Shown here piece after piece: positions 38,276 to 41,791 of a DNA stretch of 41,791 nucleotides. The DNA lies in the NCBI GenBank assembly GCA_047636795.1, contig JBLIGB010000001.1, positions 1-41,791 of the forward strand, written 5' to 3'. Numbering within the stretch: position 1 is the stretch's first letter; each line of letters opens with the position of its first letter. Position numbers and translations under genes: made by a program. The stretch is from Bacteroidia bacterium. Its GTDB lineage: Bacteria; Bacteroidota; Bacteroidia; UBA10329. The notes beneath the pieces were generated by a model. The model ran no database searches. It worked only from the letters and a program-made list of their open reading frames with translations, and was not told where the DNA came from.

Positions 38276-38276
38276 A

Positions 38277-38543
38277 ATGGAGAATACAGCAACAAGAGGC
38301 CTTAGAAAGGAAAGAATCGGAGTTGTCGTTAGCGACAAGATGGATAAAACCATTACCGTAAGTGTTGAGCGTAAAGTGAAGCACCCGATGTATGGAAAGT
38401 TCGTGAAGAAGTCTAAAAGCTTTCATGCTCATGACGATAAGAATGATTGTGGTATCGGTGATACTGTTAGAATCATGGAAACTCGTCCACTGAGTAAGAT
38501 GAAGAAGTGGAGACTGGTAGAAATCTTAGAAAAAGCTAAGTAA
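38277..38543 (+). CDS. rpsQ: 30S ribosomal protein S17
   Basis: G.VVSDKM.KTI.V.VER..KHP.Y.K......K..AHD....C..GD.V.I.E.RPLSK.K.W. Confidence 0.95.
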   Translation: MENTATRGLRKERIGVVVSDKMDKTITVSVERKVKHPMYGKFVKKSKSFHAHDDKNDCGIGDTVRIMETRPLSKMKKWRLVEILEKAK

Positions 38544-38546
38544 GCC

Positions 38547-38915
38547 ATGGTACAAACAGAATCAAGACTTAAGGTCGCAGACAACAGTGGTGCTAAAGAG
38601 GTTCTTTGCATCCGCGTACTAGGAGGAACAGGAAAGCGTTACGCTCGCATCGGTGATACCATCGTTGTAACAGTAAAAGATGCTGCTCCGGCTGCAGGTG
38701 CTAAAAAAGGTACTGTTTCTAAAGCTGTTGTAGTAAGAACCAGAAAGGAAACAAGAAGACAAGACGGTTCTTATATCCGTTTTGATGATAATGCAGTTGT
38801 GCTTTTGAATGCAACTGGTGAGATGAGAGGAACACGGATTTTCGGGCCTGTTGCTCGTGAGTTGAGAGATAAATCATTTATGAAGATTGTATCACTTGCA
38901 CCTGAGGTGCTTTGA
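38547..38915 (+). CDS. rplN: 50S ribosomal protein L14
   Basis: [12 protein letters not shown]...CI.VLGG motif. Confidence 0.97.
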   Translation: MVQTESRLKVADNSGAKEVLCIRVLGGTGKRYARIGDTIVVTVKDAAPAAGAKKGTVSKAVVVRTRKETRRQDGSYIRFDDNAVVLLNATGEMRGTRIFGPVARELRDKSFMKIVSLAPEVL

Positions 38916-38932
38916 TATTAAGAAGCAAAGCA

Positions 38933-39250
38933 ATGGCAAAGTTTCATATAAAAAAGGACGACACCGTAAAGGTAATTTCGGGAGTGTCCAAAGGAGAGGA
39001 AGGCAAAGTTCTAGAGGTATATCCTTCAAGGAATAGAGCTTTGGTTGAAGGTGTGAATATGGTAAAACGTCACACCAAGCCGAATGCTACACATCCTAAC
39101 GGAGGAATTGTGGACCAGGAAGCAACAATCCAACTTTCAAATTTGATGTTGGTTGATCCTAAAACGGGAGATGCAACACGAACTGGAAGAAAACTGGTTG
39201 ACGGAAAGTTGACTAGATATTCTAAGAAAACGGGAGAAGTAATTAAGTAA
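38933..39250 (+). CDS. rplX: 50S ribosomal protein L24
   Basis: [25 protein letters not shown] motif. The ATG at 38933 is preferred to the TTG at 38912. Confidence 0.93.
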   Translation: MAKFHIKKDDTVKVISGVSKGEEGKVLEVYPSRNRALVEGVNMVKRHTKPNATHPNGGIVDQEATIQLSNLMLVDPKTGDATRTGRKLVDGKLTRYSKKTGEVIK

Positions 39251-39798
39251 TGAGTGCTACACCAACTTTTAAAGGAAAGTATCAGGCGGACATAGTTCCA
39301 GCACTGAAGGAGAAGTTCCAGTACAAAAGCGTAATGGAAGTTCCGAAGCTTGAAAAAATCTGTTTGAACCAAGGACTTGGTTTGGCAGTAGCAGATAAGA
39401 AAGTGCTTGAAGCAGCTTTGGCTGACATGAGCATCATCGCTGGTCAGAAAGCTATTTCATCTATGTCTAAGAAAGACATCTCAAACTTCAAATTGCGTAA
39501 GGGAATGCCAATTGGTGCTCGTGTAACGCTTCGTGGAAACAAGATGTATGAATTCTTGGAAAGATTGGTTGCAGTTGCTCTCCCACGTGTTAGAGATTTC
39601 CGAGGAATCAGTCCAAAAGGGTTTGATGGAATGGGAAACTACAACTTGGGAATAACTGAGCAAATCATTTTCCCGGAAATTGATATTGAGAAAGTAAACA
39701 AGATACTTGGTATGGATATCACATTTGTGACATCAGCCAAAACAAACGAAGAAGGACTCGCTCTATTGAAAGAGTTCGGAATGCCTTTCAAAAAGTAA
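39250..39798 (+). CDS. rplE: 50S ribosomal protein L5
   Basis: Operon position, and DFRG.S...FDG.GNY..GI.EQ.IFPEI motif. The start overlaps the rplX stop (TAATG). Confidence 0.96.
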   Translation: MSATPTFKGKYQADIVPALKEKFQYKSVMEVPKLEKICLNQGLGLAVADKKVLEAALADMSIIAGQKAISSMSKKDISNFKLRKGMPIGARVTLRGNKMYEFLERLVAVALPRVRDFRGISPKGFDGMGNYNLGITEQIIFPEIDIEKVNKILGMDITFVTSAKTNEEGLALLKEFGMPFKK

Positions 39799-39801
39799 GA
39801 T

Positions 39802-40071
39802 ATGGCTAAAGAATCAATGAAAGCAAGGGAGCGTAAGCGTGCCGCAATGGTAGCGCGTTACGCAGACAAGCGAGCTCGACTTAAGGCAGATGGTGATTAC
39901 CAAGCGTTGTCACGTATGCCAAAGAATAGTGCCGCCATCAGAATGCACAACAGATGTAGCATTACTGGTCGACCAAAAGGATACATGAGAGACTTTGGTA
40001 TTAGCAGAATTCAGTTCAGAGAGATGGCCAACGCTGGTCTTATCCCAGGAGTTAAAAAGGCAAGTTGGTAA
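39802..40071 (+). CDS. rpsN: 30S ribosomal protein S14 (long, non-zinc form)
   Basis: MAKES.KARE.KR and RNRC..TGRP.G....FG.SR...RE.A..G.IPGV.KASW. Only one Cys is present. Confidence 0.95.
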   Translation: MAKESMKARERKRAAMVARYADKRARLKADGDYQALSRMPKNSAAIRMHNRCSITGRPKGYMRDFGISRIQFREMANAGLIPGVKKASW

Positions 40072-40102
40072 AAGGAGTTTCAAGTCTTGAGCCACGAGGT
40101 AA

Positions 40103-40137
40103 AACTCACCACTCGAAACTATCAACTCGCAACTAAA
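40103..40137 (+). repeat. Five tandem heptamers (AACTCAC CACTCGA AACTATC AACTCGC AACTAAA) in the rpsN-rpsH spacer
   Basis: (A/C)ACT recurs at 40103, 40110, 40117, 40124 and 40131, exactly 7 nt apart. The repeat ends 7 nt before the rpsH ATG. Confidence 0.6.
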
Positions 40138-40144
40138 GAGAAAA

Positions 40145-40540
40145 ATGACAGATCCAGTAGCAGATTACCTAACAAGAGTTAGAAACGCGATTCAAGCGAA
40201 TCATAAGGTTGTAGATATTCCAGCCTCTAACTTGAAGAAAGCCATCACTAAAATCCTTTTCGAAAAAGGATATATACTTAACTATAAGTTTGAGGACGAA
40301 GGTGTACAAGGCAGCATTAAGATTGCGCTTAAGTACAATCCACAAACGAAGGTTAACGCCATCAAAGGATTGGAAAGAGCGAGTAAGCCAGGACTTAGAA
40401 AATACTCTGGATCGGGAGACCTTCCACGTGTATTGAACGGACTTGGTGTGGCTATCGTGTCAACCTCCAAAGGAGTGATGACAGATAAGGAAGCTAGAGT
40501 TCAGAAGGTTGGTGGAGAAGTTATCTGCTACGTGCATTAA
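40145..40540 (+). CDS. rpsH: 30S ribosomal protein S8
   Basis: [14 protein letters not shown] motif and the C-terminal GGE..CYV. Confidence 0.96.
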   Translation: MTDPVADYLTRVRNAIQANHKVVDIPASNLKKAITKILFEKGYILNYKFEDEGVQGSIKIALKYNPQTKVNAIKGLERASKPGLRKYSGSGDLPRVLNGLGVAIVSTSKGVMTDKEARVQKVGGEVICYVH

Positions 40541-40560
40541 GAATTGAAAGAAACAGAACG

Positions 40561-41118
40561 ATGTCTAGGATAGGATTAGCACCAGTTGAAGTACCTCAAG
40601 GAGTAGAGATAACCATCGGTGAAGGCAATACGGTTACCGTTAAGGGTTCGTTAGGAACACTAACTCAGAAAGTGGATGAATCAATTGCTTTGGAGTTGAA
40701 AGATGGAAACTTCGTGTTGGCTCGCCAAAACGAGAAGAAGCAGACGAAGGCTTATCATGGTCTTTATCGTTCTCTTGTCAATAACATGGTTGCAGGAGTT
40801 ACAAAAGGGTTTGAAAAAAAGCTTGAACTCGTTGGGGTTGGTTACAGAGCTAACAACAAAGGACAGGAATTAGAGCTTTCGTTGGGATTCTCTCACAACG
40901 TTGTTTTCATGCTACCAGATGAGATTAAGATTGAAACGGTAATGGAGCGAGGTAAGAATCCAATCATCACGCTAAAGTCGCACGACAAGCAGTTGATTGG
41001 CCAGGTTGCTGCTAAAATTCGTTCACTCAGAAAACCTGAGCCGTACAAAGGAAAAGGTATCCGATTCGTTGGAGAACAAATTAGAAGAAAAGCTGGTAAA
41101 TCAGCTGCAAAAGCATAA
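40561..41118 (+). CDS. rplF: 50S ribosomal protein L6
   Basis: MSRIG..P...P.GV......N.V.VKG..G.L and EPYKGKGIR motifs. Confidence 0.96.
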   Translation: MSRIGLAPVEVPQGVEITIGEGNTVTVKGSLGTLTQKVDESIALELKDGNFVLARQNEKKQTKAYHGLYRSLVNNMVAGVTKGFEKKLELVGVGYRANNKGQELELSLGFSHNVVFMLPDEIKIETVMERGKNPIITLKSHDKQLIGQVAAKIRSLRKPEPYKGKGIRFVGEQIRRKAGKSAAKA

Positions 41119-41128
41119 GTAGGAACAT

Positions 41129-41479
41129 ATGGCTACTCAGAGCAATAGAACGCGAATTAAAAGAAGAATCAGAAGTACAATTTCTGGTTCAGCAGCAAGA
41201 CCAAGAATGTCAGTATTCCGCAGCAATAAGGAAATCTACGTTCAACTTGTTGATGACCTGGAAGGAAAGACTGTTCTTGCAGCATCTTCATCAGATAAAG
41301 GAATTGCTGGTGAAAAGGCTAACAAGACTGATATTGCCACCAAGGTTGGTAAGTTAATTGCTGAAAGAGCAACAGAAGCAGGTATTGAATCCGTAGTGTT
41401 TGACCGTAACGGATACCTTTATCATGGACGTGTCAAAGCGTTGGCTGAAGGTGCTAGAGAGGGAGGATTGAAATTCTAA
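41129..41479 (+). CDS. rplR: 50S ribosomal protein L18
   Basis: RPR..VFRSNK.IY.Q..DD and FDR.GY.YHGR.KALA..ARE.GL.F motifs. Confidence 0.96.
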   Translation: MATQSNRTRIKRRIRSTISGSAARPRMSVFRSNKEIYVQLVDDLEGKTVLAASSSDKGIAGEKANKTDIATKVGKLIAERATEAGIESVVFDRNGYLYHGRVKALAEGAREGGLKF

Positions 41480-41499
41480 TTGCAGTAATTTAGAAAAAG

Positions 41500-41791
41500 A
41501 TGAAAAGAGTAAAAGCAACGGATATTGAGCTGAAAGACCGCGTAGTTGGTATTCAGCGTGTAGTGAAAGTGACTAAAGGTGGTCGTACGTTTAGTTTCTC
41601 AGCCATTGTGGTTGTTGGAGATGAGAACGGTGTTGTTGGACATGGTCTCGGGAAGGCGAAGGAAGTTACAGAGGCAATCACCAAGGGAATTGATAACGCA
41701 AAGAAGAATCTCATTCGGGTGCCAATCATTAATGGAACTGTTCCTCACTCACAGGAAACAAAGTATGGCGGTGCAAGAGTATTTATGAAGC
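41500..41791 (+). CDS. rpsE: 30S ribosomal protein S5, 3'-truncated by the window edge
   Basis: Not in the ORF track because no stop is reached. Hand translation from the ATG at 41500 gives [75 protein letters not shown]..., a canonical S5 N-terminus. Confidence 0.93.
   Translation, partial: MKRVKATDIELKDRVVGIQRVVKVTKGGRTFSFSAIVVVGDENGVVGHGLGKAKEVTEAITKGIDNAKKNLIRVPIINGTVPHSQETKYGGARVFMK

Noticed and set aside
41579-41788. 69-aa plus-strand ORF listed at the window end.
   Set aside because: It is out of frame with, and entirely inside, the obvious rpsE reading frame that starts at 41500. rpsE was missed by the track only because it has no stop within the window.

Overview
This 41.8-kb chromosomal window comes from a Bacteroidota genome that looks Flavobacteriia-like. 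The evidence for that placement: T9SS cargo proteins with SprB/PKD/CHU_C-type modules, TAnnTTTG -7 promoter boxes, starts that mostly lack a Shine-Dalgarno sequence, and a str-S10-spc ribosomal cluster without tuf.

Contents, left to right:
- The 3' 5.9 kb of a giant repeat-built adhesin with a type-B T9SS sorting domain.
- tRNA-Asp(GUC).
- A DUF58/vWA-like gene translationally coupled to an unknown exported protein.
- trxA.
- A 1453-aa dnaE carrying an N-terminal DnaQ-like exonuclease domain.
- A glycine-rich T9SS type-A cargo gene whose signal-peptide exon is out of frame with its body.
- rpsP (with a long Ala/Glu/Pro tail), rimM and a TrmN6-like methyltransferase gene.
- A convergent operon: membrane protein, DUF3822-like protein, rsmD.
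- A TonB-dependent receptor, a polytopic membrane protein and a UvrD/PcrA-family helicase.
- A second glycine-rich SprB-repeat adhesin (type-B CTD).
- 22 contiguous translation genes, rpsL through rpsE (rpsE is cut by the window end).

I see no transposase, integrase, CRISPR array, restriction-modification, toxin-antitoxin or other recognisable defence or mobile module. I cannot point to a self-contained novel multi-gene system with confidence.

The best leads are:
- A homologous Gly/Cys-rich predicted solenoid module shared by two T9SS cargos that use different CTD types.
- A roughly 100-nt imperfect palindrome (candidate structured RNA or REP-like element), whose core 19-mer recurs upstream of rpsP.
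- A promoter-like and terminator-like pair on the unoccupied strand between dnaE and the T9SS gene.
- The frameshift-split cargo gene.
- The tightly coupled membrane protein/DUF3822/RsmD operon.
- A strict 7-nt periodic AACT repeat in the rpsN-rpsH spacer.

All coordinates for RNA structures and motifs were derived by hand and need computational confirmation.
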